Part shown: positions 26,226 to 39,925 of the stretch, in pieces | Layout: each line of letters begins with the position of its first letter | How positions within the stretch are numbered: the stretch's first letter is position 1 | Assembly (NCBI RefSeq): GCF_006345805.1 | Contig: NC_042999.1 | Coordinates: forward strand, 142,042,001 to 142,106,000 | Reading direction: 5' to 3' | Length of the DNA: 64,000 bases | Source: Octopus sinensis | Taxonomy: Eukaryota | The notes under the pieces: generated by a model | The model's input: the letters and a program-made list of their open reading frames with translations, nothing else | What the model was told of the DNA's origin: nothing | Databases searched by the model: none | Translations under genes and position numbers: made by a program

Positions 26226-26989
26226 CTTGATTCTGTAAGCTAACTGGTCAGTTTTTCAAATATCACATCTACATATCATTAATCTACGTCACCTGATGAC
26301 TATTGTTCTAGTTGGTGCAGCTATAGCAATACAGTTTCAGCTAAGTTTGTGAAGACAATGTTCATAGAACAGCGTTAACGAAATTCTGTTTCAAATGCTG
26401 TCGAGAAATGACTACATACATTTATAATAGTAAATGCAAATTTCTGTTCACGTATTCGAATGACTTTCTGTCCCCCCCCCCTCTACCATCACCACCTAGA
26501 GGTTTACCCCCAACAAATAGCTTATATTTGGAATCATAGTAACTCCTCGGGAATGTTTCTATGCTGCTTTGCTTGGAGCACTAATTTATGTCACTCGACG
26601 TATAACATCTTTGCTTGTTACAACCGACAAAATGCGAACTAAGAATAACGGTACTAGAAGTCTACAGAACAAAAAAAGCTGGATATTTATTGGAGAATTA
26701 TATTTAACCTTTAATAAACTGGATGACAAACTGTGAGAATGATTAACATTTTTGGAACTCTTTTAACCTCCACATAAGATTCAGCAATGAAGCATTCTTC
26801 GTGTTGGTTTGGGATAAGATACTTCTGAGTAGGAATTTTGTTACTGATCAAATCTTATCCTTTCAGAAGAAATCCATGGAACATAAAGTGACTTCATATT
26901 CAGTTCATTCTCCAAGACGAAGAACTTCTTTTATACCATAAGCCAAAACATATATATCTTTTCGGTTTTAGAGCTCTTACCCTCCCTCT

Positions 26990-27290
26990 GCTGCATTTAA
27001 GTAGAGTACTGTAAATACAGTCATCTATGACTAGATTTGGAATGAATACTGCTGTGGTTTCCCATTGCCTTCTCTAAGCAGGTGGGATTTGGACTGAGAA
27101 TGTTGAGAGCTGGAAGATATACGTAATGCATTTCTGCCGACGCACCAACTCTTCTGGCACTCTTATCCGCTAAAACAACGTAAAATAAAGTGTTTTGTTC
27201 ATGAATACAATACGTCGCCCGGACTGGGAATTGAACCCACGATCTAGCGATCGTGAGTGCAACGCCCTAACTGCTAGGCCACGCACCTTC
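26990..27290 (-). mobile_element. tRNA-derived SINE (type C-related)
   Basis: Minus strand GTGGCCTAGCAGTTAGGG A box and GGGTTCAATTCC B box. Confidence 0.65.
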
Positions 27291-27507
27291 AAACACCCTC
27301 CACACGCACACACATGTATGTATGTATGTATGTATGTATGTATGTATGTATGTATGTATGTATGTATGTATGTATGTATAAGTAGATAGACAGATAAACC
27401 TACTTGGAAATGGATGCGTGGCGTCCAATCATATAATAATACAATATATATATACATACACATATGCATATATACATATATATATGTACACACACACACA
27501 CACACAC

Positions 27508-27591
<84 letters not shown>

Positions 27592-27804
27592 TATGCATAT
27601 ATGGGTACAGGACGTCACAAAACGTAAACAACATGAAATGGGGAGACAAAATTGGGTATGCAAACAAAGAGAAACAATTGGAAGACAAGACAAGTAACAT
27701 AAAGAACGACCCTTCATCAGTTGTCGGCTTTCCATCTACTCCTCATTTCGAGCATTTAACATATATATGTATGTGTGTGTGTGTGTGTGTGTGTGCGTGC
27801 GTGC

Positions 27805-27855
<51 letters not shown>

Positions 27856-29289
27856 TGTGTGTGTGTGTGTGTGGATCTGTTCAGTTTGCTTCACAAATTT
27901 TTTAGTTAATTTTTTAAAACTAAACAGATAATTTCTCACGCAGAACACGGTTTAGTTGAACATTTTTGACTAAATTTCGTATTTTAGAAGTTATTTCGTG
28001 TAAAAGTTGTCGTATTTGGGTAATTTTAACCCATGAACGACGTATATTCAGTTAAAGAAAGCTACTACTGCTGACTGCTAGTAGAGAGGGAAAGAGTAAG
28101 GAATGCACGGTGCTGACTAGAAAGGCAGAAAGGATAACATACGAATAGAAATCTTTCTCTATTTCGCGGCATTACCGCGGTGACTGCGGGACTGAAACAC
28201 CGGAACAACCAAGCAACCACCCGAGAATTATTTGATAATCCAGCTAAGCATTTTCGTTGCTTGAAAGCTTTGCTGTTGAATTAATCTGTTAAATAAACTT
28301 TCAGTATAATCTCAACTTTCGTCTTCCAAAGATTTTGAATTTGATAATTTTTGTGTTTCTATTGGTCACTTGCGGCCGATTTAATCTATTGACGGAAATG
28401 ATAGAAATTGCTGATTTGTAATACGACATTCTTGTATCACTTTTATCAACAATTCTTTAAATGTTTATCCTAAATTCTTGAATTTCTATAACGGAATTTG
28501 TGTATTAGTACTTCCTTATCGATTGTCATATATACACCATCATTCAAATTAAGTCGTATTTCACCGCAATGAATTAAACATATAACATGGAATCTACAGT
28601 CAATCATACATATATTATACACATCTATTTGAGTATATTGATATACGCATCATCAGGAATAACATATTGTGAACTAATACTAATTTCTAACAAACATATC
28701 TGATTGATTTTTATATTGTCAATTCGGGAAAAAAGAAAGACAAAGCATACTCTTGTGGGATTTTAACTTAGAATGTAAAGGATATTGAAAATAAATGAAT
28801 AGGAAGAAGGAAGGAAAAGAAGAAAAGTAAACGTCGTGTTTCAATTATCGATTAACAGATGCTATTGATCTTGGGAAAACCTGATTAACGTTATCGTCTG
28901 ATACGACAAGGAATGGCTCTCAGTGGATATTCATTGAATTCTTTTAAAAGGAGGTTTACAAGTCTTTTGACAAAAGAGTCAGATTTATGAATTCTCAAAC
29001 GCTGTACACTACTGCACAGTTTCTGCTTTTTCTTTTCTTTTCTTTTTCTATTTCTTTCTCAGTTCCTTAGTTTTCTTTGCTCTGTTTCTTTATAATGTCA
29101 TATATTCAATGTGAGAGATGTAGTAGGCAAACTCGATAGTGCAAATATGCAATTATTATCGACAAATCACGGAATATACGATTGCTAATTTCGTTACTTT
29201 CGCATTTGATGATCTGAAGAGACGAGATATTTACTAGACAATTTATATGTGTGACCAAGTTGTAGGTCAAGTGTTCATTAGTTGATTTA

Positions 29290-29460
29290 CGTTACAGGTT
29301 CGGCCATGCTGTTATGAAATTTGCCTCGTAAGCACGGAGTTCCCGGTTCGAACACATAGCGTGATACTTGAGCAAGAGTCTTCTGTCATAATCTCCTCGA
29401 GTTGACCAATACTTTGAGTGGAGTTTGGTAGATAGAAACTGTGTAGAAGCCTGTGTTGTA
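29290..29460 (-). mobile_element. Type A SINE head fragment
   Basis: Minus strand GTTCGAACCGGG (B-box-like); plus strand AGAAGACTCTTGCTCAAG-complement and GAGTGGAGTTTGGTAGATAGAAACTG core. Confidence 0.55.
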
Positions 29461-29465
29461 TGCGT

Positions 29466-29564
<99 letters not shown>

Positions 29565-29718
29565 CATATATACACAGACATGCAGGAAGTAGACACCCTT
29601 AGTTTTCAAAATTTCTGATCTAAGCGTCTTAATATGTTTTCAGCGGCGTAGAATTTACAATGTAATTATTCTTTTTCATTTCAGGTGCCATCATATTAAA
29701 CATTTGCGAAGAGTAACC

Positions 29719-30382
29719 ATGCCATGCACAAAAAATTCAGCAGAACTCTCAGATTTTCAAAGAGGTCGTATTGTTGGGCAATCTGAGGCTGGTCTTAGCC
29801 AGTGAAAAATTGCCGAAAATCTCAAAATTCCTCTTGCTTCTGTTAATAGAATTATAGTGCAATTAAAAAGCCAGGGCAAAGAATCAACAGATCCTCGTCC
29901 CGGTCGACCTGGGACCTCGGAAAGGAAGTTTCGCTGTTTGAAGAGAATTGTGGAAAACGAACCCCGTTCGAAGTCTTCTGACATTGAAAAACAGCTAGAA
30001 GTTAGTCCAAGAACGTGTGTTACATATCTGCATAAGCTTGGGTATTATGGGCGAGCAGCTAGAAGAAAGCCTTTCCTTCAACCAATTAATATCATGAAAG
30101 GAAAGAAATGGGCTAAGGAAATGTCAGAAAAATCCTTTTTCTCAGATGAATCCAGATTTGCATTATTTTCAGACAGTGGACATGTTTGGGTCTGGAGGCT
30201 TCCCAATCAAGAATTTGATTTGAAACAACACCAATCAACTGTGAAACATGGCAGTATCTTTGTAATGGTATGGGGAGCTGTCACCAGCAATGGTCATTCT
30301 GAGCTGATCGAATGTGTTGGAACCATGAACTCTGAAAAATACATCGAAATACTTAAGCAATGACTACTTCCGACGAATTAAG
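29719..30382 (+). pseudogene. Tc1-family transposase pseudogene
   Basis: MPCTKNSAELSDFQRGRIVG (stop) ...GRP...GYYGRAARRKP...FSDESRF...TVKHG...VMVWG...MNSEKYIEIL; truncated before the second catalytic D. Confidence 0.9.
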
Positions 30383-30699
30383 TACTCTTCCTTCTGACAG
30401 ACAATACTAAACACACACACACGAGCGCGCGCACACACACACACACACATAGATAGATAGATAGATACACTCACACACACACACACATATATATATATAC
30501 ACGCACATACACCTATAGTGGCCGGACATAACCTCTTTAAATTTGTCATCTCTGGAATACGCATATAAATGATAGGTAAGAAAATGTTAAAAATATATAT
30601 AGTATAATAGGTATATCGATTAAGTGCTCAGACCAGACCCAGTACCTGAGATCCAACGTTAAGTAAATGGATATAGGACAGGAGTTAGCATCACTCACG

Positions 30700-31275
30700 A
30701 CTGGTATCAGCCGGATAGTGACTGTTTGCTAAACAGATTGGTGTTTCACTGAAGTACGGCTCCCGGATCTGTGAGCTGCAAATTCACAGTGGATTCTTTT
30801 GACCTCCACCCATTGTCGTGTCATCATAGTACTGGTTGTACTCCCCGCTATGCTGCTCTCAGTGGCCTGGATGTCGCTGGCTTCCCAGCGAGACTGGACA
30901 AAGGGGATGGTAAAAGGCCAGACAGCATGACAATTTTCCTGTCCGCGATGGTAGATCCTTTATCTGGGATGCCACATGTCGTGATACCTCCAGTTACAAC
31001 CTGGTGTGTTCGGCTACCAACCCAGGCTGCGCTGCCCGTCAGACCGAAGAACGTAAACTAAGTATCGATCGCTCTCTGATAAGTCTGTTGTCAAGCCGGT
31101 GGCAATGGGGACCTCCAGCGTTCTTGGCTCCCGGACAACTTCCCTGCTCACTGCTATCGGGCCGGAGAGGGCTATACGCAGGCCCCGTAAGTCGGAGTGA
31201 CTGTACTTGCGAGTCTCTCACGCCATCCGCTGAAGTAACCCCTTCACCATTCTGTCTGCTGGGACCAAGGGTCAA
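30700..31275 (+). mobile_element. CRE-like non-LTR retrotransposon 3' fragment (zinc knuckle plus restriction-like endonuclease)
   Basis: IGVSLKYGSRICE, DLHPLSCHH, DGKRPD, GRSFIWDATCRDT, TEERKLS. Confidence 0.75.
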
Positions 31276-31689
31276 ACTGACAAGTCTTTTTAGTTAAAGA
31301 AATTATATATTGTTGTTTTAGACTGTATAATTAAAAACCCTGCCATCAGTATATAGGTGAAGCTTTTCTTCAGATGATGGGCTAGTCTCATCGTACAACT
31401 TACGACTGTGCTGCTTCATATACAGTAACTTGAACCAATCTGCCTTATGTATACATAGATAATATGCACATAACTGCTTCTAAGGACCATCAACCCCTGA
31501 AACAGCTGTAAATAACTACTTGCATATACTTATCTAAGTTGAGTCAACATGAAGGACCACCAAAATTCTCGTCTATTTCATCAACGATATTACTGTATGA
31601 ATTGCTCTTTTGTGTATAAAGATGTTACAAATCACTTGCTCCCTTCCCCTGCTCTGTTCATATGTTATTCTATTACACACACACACACA

Positions 31690-31749
<60 letters not shown>

Positions 31750-32321
31750 AAACGCACACACACGCACAAACGCATGCTCGCACACACACAACACACGCAC
31801 GCACGCACGCACGCACGCACGCATGGATGCACGTACTCACACATAACCACAGCAGTCGCTTCACTATATTTTTAACATTATAAAATTAAACCTTTCAAAT
31901 TAAATTGCAGAATATAAAAGGTAAATATTTATATTGATTATTTTACGGGTCAATTACCAGGTTACACAGCGAAATGAGCATGAGTATTCGTTCATTCATT
32001 CATTCAGCCGTTCATTTAGTTTAGCTGTCAACAATTGTACATGCATGCCATGTTTACAATCTTTTCACATATATTTTGTTTAAAAATTTGTAAATTAATT
32101 CATTCAATACGGTAAATTGAAAAATAATAGAGCGACAAATATCATTGATGTTATAATGAAATGGAAAACATAACTTGAAATACGAAATATGAAATATATG
32201 AACGAAAATCTGTTAGGAAATTTGTTTCAAAATTTCTATTGGCTCAATTATCTATATTTGTGATTTTAATGAATAAAGAAAAATATTTGAATTAAGTTAA
32301 AAGTGCGTAGGCATGGCTGTT

Positions 32322-32465
32322 TCGAAGATCGTTTTGTAACCACGTGATGATTTCAGATTCGGTCCCACTGCACGGTAAGTTGGGCAAAGTGTCTTCTACT
32401 TAGTCTCGGACTGACCAATGCCTTGAGAGTAAACTTTGTTGACAGAAACTCTGTAGAAGCCTATC
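32322..32465 (+). mobile_element. Degenerate type A SINE head
   Basis: GCGTAGGCATGGCTG...GGTCCCACTGC...TTGGGCAAAGTGTCTTCTAC. Confidence 0.7.
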
Positions 32466-33364
32466 ATGTGTGTGTGTGTGTGTGTGTATCAGCAAATGAT
32501 CATTATAAGAATTAATTCATTAAACGGAGTTCAATAAATGTCATCAAATAAAAAGAAAAGAAGCAGATTTTGTTTTTAATGATGGATTATTCATTTATTC
32601 AATTATCTCATACAGCTGTTTCTGTCAATAAGACCATGATATCATCAAAGAAATAATGCATTTTATTACCATTTAATGTCTTTTGTAGTAATCACTGGAT
32701 TATTATTAAAACAATAAGATATTTTAAATCTATTACCTTGAGTTTTCTCTTTGTTATCATTATATTAATATTTACTTCGTTACACTCACGAAATACAATT
32801 CAAGACTAAGGCTTAAAAGCGTGACTTTTATATTTCTAATTTGTCTGATTGTTTACTCTTAACTCCCTCCCTACCATATTCAAATGAATATCTCACCTTT
32901 ATCCCTAACTTATTGGTCAAGAAAAGGCATGCGTATGTACATCTAGAAACAGCAAATAAGGAGTTACATATTATTTCAAAGTCACATTTAAGTTTTCTAA
33001 CTGTCATCTATCAAAACACATACATTTTAAACTCATTTTTTAGTAGAGAAACAAAGATCACTCTGTAGTTTTTTCAGTTCTTTACATGTAATAACTGATT
33101 CACATTACTATTATTAAATTGTATATATATCTATAAATGTAATATGTAACAATTATTCAGTAGCCATGATAAAACTCCGAGTTTCTGATGCCGAGGTGGC
33201 TACCGAATAATTGTCACATATTACATTTGCAGATAAATTCCTCTATTTACATAATATGGAGGTCTCTTTCATTCTTTTGTTGTCATACCATTTTTATCAA
33301 TATATATATATATATAACTTACTATTAATAAAAGTCTGAGTGCATTAGGTACCGTTACTTAATA

Positions 33365-34047
33365 AATGAAAAAAATGTATTGTAAACAACGACAGATAAA
33401 AAAACGTATGCGTATACTGAGTGTACAACCGGGTAGGAGACAAACACAGAAGGTTCCTAATTCTTCATCAGTTATCAGCCAATTGGGAATACTCAGTTTC
33501 ATACAATAAATGATAAGACTGAGAACTTCTCATGCTGACTGTGCACACGAAAGCCTGCGGAGAACGAAGAGCCTCGAGCAAACAAAACAACTCAGAGTGA
33601 ACAAAGGAAAGTAAAATAATGTAATCTAAGATGATGGACAAAGACACGTGACCCGTGGCCAGCTTTCCTTTCATTCTCTCCCTTTTCACACCGTTCGCAT
33701 GGCTGACCTGTCGTAAAATTTCTTTGTCTTGCTATTTGCTATTTTCATAATCCTTTAGGATTTCTTCTAATCGTTACCCACCGTTCTTGTCTTTCTTGCC
33801 CCAAGGCTGTAACTTTGCTCGTTTCCTATTTATTTCGTTTTTGTCCATCGTCTTAAATTACATTTTATTTACTTTCGTATGTCCACTCTGTGTTTTGTTT
33901 GCTCGAGGACCTAAATTCTCCGCGGCTTTCGTGGACACCGCCAGCATTGGAAGTTCTCAGTTGATAATGGATGAAGAATTAGGGACCTCTGTGTCTGTCT
34001 CTCGTCCGGCTGTACACTCAGTATACGTCTTTACAATTCATTTTTTC

Positions 34048-34050
<3 letters not shown>
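33365..34050. mobile_element. Foldback/MITE with about 280-bp imperfect TIRs
   Basis: 33411-33650 is the reverse complement of about 33835-34027 (CGTATACTGAGTGTACA / TGTACACTCAGTATACG); TA at both outer edges. Confidence 0.8.
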
Positions 34051-34113
<63 letters not shown>

Positions 34114-34149
34114 ATATATATATATATATTATATATTATATATATATAT

Positions 34150-34223
<74 letters not shown>

Positions 34224-34279
34224 ATATATATATATATATATAATATATATATATATATATGTATGTATATATATATATA

Positions 34280-34322
<43 letters not shown>

Positions 34323-34337
34323 ATGTGTGTATATATA

Positions 34338-34378
<41 letters not shown>

Positions 34379-34393
34379 GTTCTTTTTGGGATT

Positions 34394-34426
<33 letters not shown>
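34051..34426. repeat. Imperfect (TA)n
   Basis: Direct reading. Confidence 0.95.
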
Positions 34427-34428
<2 letters not shown>

Positions 34429-34860
34429 GCGCAGGAGTGACTGTGTGGAAAGAAGCTGGCTTCCCAACCACATGGTTCCAGTTTCAGTCCCACTGCGTGT
34501 CACCTTGGGCAAGTGTTTTCTACTATAGCCTCAGGCCGACCAAAGCGTTGTGAGTGGATTTGGTAGAGGGAAACCGAAAGAAGCCCGTCGTATATATGTG
34601 TGTGCGTGTATGTGTGTGTGTGCGTGTATGTGTGTGTGCGTGTATGTGTGTGTGCGTTTTGTCCCCTTATCACCACTTGACAACCGGTGTTTGGTTGTTG
34701 GTGTGTTTACGACCCTGTAAATTTCCGGTTCGGCAAAAGAGACTGATAGAATATGTATCAGACTTAAAAATAAGTATTGGGTTGATTTGTTTGACTAAAG
34801 TCTTTCTAGGCGGTGCTCCAGCATGGCCATAGCTCAAACTCAAACAAGCGAGAGATAAAA
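34427..34860 (+). mobile_element. Type A SINE, full length
   Basis: AGGCGCAGGAGTG head, CACCTTGGGCAAG, internal (TG)n, GGCGGTGCTCCAGCATGGCC tail. Confidence 0.9.
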
Positions 34861-35334
34861 AAAAAACTATACTTGTCATCTATTAATGTAATCCAGAACC
34901 GGTTAGCATTATTTCCCGCATTTATCAATATGGACATCCGATTAAACGCAACGATTATGCATCCCGTTGTGCTGAAGTAAAAGGGAAAAATTGCGGTGAA
35001 ATATTTATTGCAAGCAATGGTTAGTTCAATGCAAAATAGCAAAGAGAAACTGCGAGTGATAGCACTGAGGCAGCAAATATATTCCCCACCATAAAAATAA
35101 TAATAATTATAACTAAATAAAATAAACAAGCAAAAGAATATGGTTACGCACGCTCACAAATTGTTAATGCAGGTGATGTACAAACCTTTTATAAATGTGA
35201 GTCAACAAGAAGCTATATTGCAAAAGGAAAAAATCCCTGAGTTAGATTAACGTTACAGCTATTACAGATCCAAAAATACAAGGGTATTAAATATCTCATA
35301 ATAGCTGCTCTTTAAGTCATACACAAGATAAATA

Positions 35335-35405
35335 TAAATGGCTGCTTCGCTGTTTGAAGATTGGTTTTTGCATCATTTCGTTCCTGATGTACGAAAATAC
35401 AGTAC
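35335..35405 (+). pseudogene. Tigger/pogo DDE remnant
   Basis: MAASLFEDWFLHHFVPDVRKY. Confidence 0.5.
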
Positions 35406-35675
35406 AATATAAATATACTATTTCATTCAGAATATATGCTGAAGGTGACAAATTTCGTTCTGTCGTTTGGCTAAGAAGGCTGAAATGCGTTCTCACTAGC
35501 CGCTGCCAGGACAATTTTTCGTCTCTCTTCGATATTGTGCTTTAACCTATCACGTCTATAAGAGATTTTATCTCAGACAAAAACCGCAGCATCTTGCCAG
35601 ACAAACACTATATCCGTTAAGTATGATATATAGATGTTTATTTTAATTTAATGTGTCTACAGTTGCATATACCGA

Positions 35676-35731
<56 letters not shown>

Positions 35732-35751
35732 TGTATGTATGTATGTATGTA

Positions 35752-36166
35752 TTCATTTTTACTCTTTTACTTGTTTCAGTCATTTAACTGTGGCCATGCT
35801 GGAGCACCGCCTTTAGTCGAGCAAATCGACCCCAGGACTTATTCTTTGTAAGCCTAGCACTTATTCTATTGGTCTCTTTTTGCCGAACCGCTAAGTTACG
35901 GGGACGTAAACACACCAGCATCGGTTGTCAAGCGATGTTGGGGGGGGGGACAAACACAGCCACACAAACACACGCACATATATATATACATATACATATA
36001 TACGACGGGCTTCTTTCAGTTTCCGTCTACCAAATCCACTCACAAGGCTTTGCTCGGCCCGAGGCTATGATAGAAGAAACTTGCCCAAGATCCCACGAAG
36101 TGGGACTGAACCCGGAACCATGTGGTTGGTAAGCAAGCTACTTACCACACAGCCACTCCTGCGCCT
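35752..36166 (-). mobile_element. Type A SINE, full length, low divergence
   Basis: Minus strand AGGCGCAGGAGTGGCTGTGTGGTAAG head, GGTTCAGTCCC B box, (AAAAGAGT) tail. Confidence 0.93.
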
Positions 36167-37544
36167 ATGTATGTAAATATGTATGTATTTATGTATGTAT
36201 GTATGCCGTTCTCGTTGTCAAAAATGCAATGAACTAGCCAGTAGGAAACTAATCAATGATATTTTGGTTTAACAAATGCGTCATAAAATTAAAACTATTT
36301 ATATAAAATATATTCGAAACCTTTTAATTAAAATTAATGTTCTCTGTTTATAGCAAATAAATTTGTGAAAAATTTGGTATTGTTTGATATGGATTTTAGA
36401 ATATTCATTTTTATTATAAATTACGTTTTTTCCCTTCAAATCGATCAAACTTCTTTCGAAGCAGCACTATTGCAATTTTAACCGTTTCTCCAGATCAATT
36501 CCTGATGGAACCACAAAACCTTATATCAATAGAGAAACCACAATAGGAAGTTATGATGTTCTTGCTTATTTTGCATTGAATTTAGATTGTGATTCCTTCC
36601 ACCCAGTTTAACATCGCTTTACTCCACTCTCTCTTCCTTCTCTCTCTCTCTCTATGTATATATATATTCCCACTCTCTCTCCCTCACCTAACTTATGGGT
36701 GGGTAGGCATGCGTGCGCGTATGTATATATCACATGACCTATACACACAGATCTAAAAACGCCAACGCTAGAAATAGCAGGAAGAATCTCCTGCTTTTAA
36801 AATGTCGTTTTAAAAAGCAGTACACATAAGCCAATGTAACCCTAGAAATACAAAAGACAGGGTGGTCAAGGCTGGAACGCGTTTGATCATAGCTTTGGTC
36901 AATCTGAGTAGACCTGAAAGGGGGTGGTTTAAACATCATCATGGACAACGACCTAAATATAACACTATTGACTTATATACCAAAAAGTTATGTATCATTT
37001 AACGCTTCCACAATGTTATTAGAAACCATTATGCAATTCTTTTTTTAACTGATGTTTTATTCTGTTTTGTATGGTGACCAGGGAAATTTCCTGATAGTGA
37101 ATGAAAGTGATAATAAAAAAATTTGCCTCAAGTACACTGCTAGTATTTCATTAATTATTTTATAGACGCTGAACAGATTTAAATTTTGTCAAACTATATA
37201 CTGTGAAACATTTCGTGTGAAACATTTAGTTTTCGTCGCTGTACAACATCTGACAATAAATCAACCATACTTAAGTACTGATTTCTCCCTTTGGAATACA
37301 GATAGTTGAAATATATAGATGACTGAATCAGTAACATTTAATGCTAGTACTGATTTGATTTTCACGACTACCAATTGGATGAAAGACGAAATCGATCCAT
37401 TAAAATATTGATAGATTAGATTAAATACTCTAAGATACTTAGTTACTCCACACTTTCTGCCGAATACAAGAGGTTAGATTTAGTATTGTTACATTATGCT
37501 TTGTCTTTCATCAATACGAAGCCCTGGAGCGTATGTATTCAATA

Positions 37545-37839
37545 TAGTAGAACTTCACGTCATGAATTTAATTCGTGCCTGAAGACCGTTCGTCATCCGA
37601 AATGTTCGTAAACCGAAACTATTTTCCCCATAGGAAATTCAAGAGAAGGCACCGTGAATTCAAGTAAGAATGTGTACTGAGTGAAAGCTAGACAGTAATT
37701 GATGCTTTCTCGCTGATACTTCCAGCTTCTCACCAACCGTTACTCGAGACATCGTTTGTTACCCGAGATGTTTTATATTCGAAAAATTGTAAACAGATTT
37801 GTTCGTGATGAGCGACATTCGCAAACCGAGCTTCTCATG
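37545..37839. mobile_element. Tigger-like MITE
   Basis: TA-flanked; TAGTAGAAC... left end and ...TTCGCAAACCGAGCTTCTCATG right end; internal GTTCGTAAACCGA. Confidence 0.5.
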
Positions 37840-38638
37840 TACTTTTGTTGAAAATGAAAGTTGAGTGTCGCCGTCGAAAACTAATGATGAAAAAGATAGG
37901 TTCTGAAACTAAGGTTTAAATAAAGTAATTTTTTATATATATATTTTTTGTCACTGATATACAATCAAGCTATAATATGAAACCGTAATACAGATTTTCA
38001 TTTAGAAATATTCGTCGGGATCTTTGAATCTGAAAAATTAGTTGTTTAATAATGGGCTCAACCTGATCAAACAGATACACAATCAAAGGAACTCCAGTCA
38101 TGACTATACAATCTAAATTTTATGACATTTATCCAGGAATTTATTTTCCAAAATAACGTTATTTTTATTCATGTACATATGTATGTATGCATGCATATAT
38201 GTATGTATATATGTGTGTATGTGTGTGTGTATTTGTGTGTATGTGTGTGTATAAATATATTAATATGTATACACACATACACGCACACACACACACACCT
38301 CACACACACTCTCGGTTTAAATACCTCCTTTCTGGGAGTTTTACAACATACATATATAAGTATGTTTGTATGTGTGATTATACTCACTCATGCATACACC
38401 CACGCGCGCGATCGATCGAAATATATACATATGATATCATTAAAAATAATATGCCGCAACTTATCATTTATGGAAACCAGAAATAAACACGTCAACAGAT
38501 GGCACCAAATAAACATACTTTAACACTAAAATTAAATACATCAAGTGAACAGATGAAAGGATTTTTAATGACATACATTCTTATACATACATTCTTATAC
38601 ATACATACATACATACATACATACATACATACATACAT

Positions 38639-38669
<31 letters not shown>

Positions 38670-39734
38670 TACATATACGCACACACAGAAACACACACAC
38701 ACACACACACACACTGATTCAAAAACACAAACGGTAATGCTGCTAACACCCTATCTTGAAGATAGCGTGTTTACACACATGTGCCGTTTCCACTGGTCAG
38801 AAGTATTTGTTTGTTATATACATTGCTGCAAAATAAACTTATATTCGGATTTGTTTTTTTGAGCTGCTTCAAATAATTTCCATGAACCACATCATTGCTT
38901 TTTGAACTTTCTGCATAGTTAATTTCTGTTCATACTTCGTCAAATGTACCAACACATGCTTATTCAAACATATGGTAAATTTCGATTCGATATCAAGTAT
39001 GGTTACCCTTTTGCGCTCTTATCCTCCCTTTTAAAATGTACTATTCCTTGCCATCAACAAAGAGATGCGACAACATGATAAAACTAAGACTCCGCCGCCC
39101 AGACACGAAGGTACTTCAGTGTGGAATCTCCACGAGCGACCGGAGAACCGCGAATGGTGTCACGTATGTTGCGCATTTCGTGTGCCCTCATGGCCGAAAA
39201 CTATTGAAGTGCCGGTATCTTATTGTCACAGAAGCGCATGATACCCTAACAATCGCAATGAAAGGTCAGCCGTTTGTTTATGGTTTCAAGAAGTTCGAGT
39301 TATAATTTGCACTGGCGAAAAAGGTGGTAAATCAATAAAATTTTGTTGTGATAAACAGTTGTGCGGCGCATGTGTAACTATCTAAGTTAGTGCATCCGAA
39401 AGGGAGTGGTACGGCCACCCTGAGGATAGAAGAAAATTTTATACGTGTGCAAGGGACCAAAGGAGCAGTAGAAGAGAGGGCAATGGATGTATTTAGACAT
39501 TTTTTTGTGTGCTTTGTCTCCTATTTGTATATTGACTTGAACAAAAATTATATATAGAAATATACTGCTTGTTAACAATTACATCAACAACAACAACGAT
39601 AACAATAACAACGACAACACTACTAACAAAAGAGTTCGAATTGTGATTAAGTATTTAAACAAAACCGAATATACACCAACTACTTGTAAATTTTAAATAA
39701 CAAAGGTATGATTTAAAAGACATTCTATGCATCA

Positions 39735-39925
39735 TTTTGCACGTCGGGTAAAATGCTTAGCGGCATTCTGTCCATCTTTACGTTCTGAATTCAAATTGTG
39801 CCGAGGTCGACTTTGCTTTCCATCATTTCGGAGCCGATAAAATAAGCACCAGTTGAGCGCTGGGCTCGATGTAATAGACTTGCCCCGTCCCTCGAAATTG
39901 CTTGTGTCAAAATTTGGATGCAACA
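39735..39925 (+). mobile_element. Type B SINE
   Basis: AAAATGCTTAGCGGCATT...TTCAAATT...GAGGTCGACTTTGCTTTCCATC. Confidence 0.85.

Noticed and set aside
26867-26941. Terminal exon KKSMEHKVTSYSVHSPRRRTSFIP* after a good branch point and acceptor
   Set aside because: No homology recognised and no linked upstream exon
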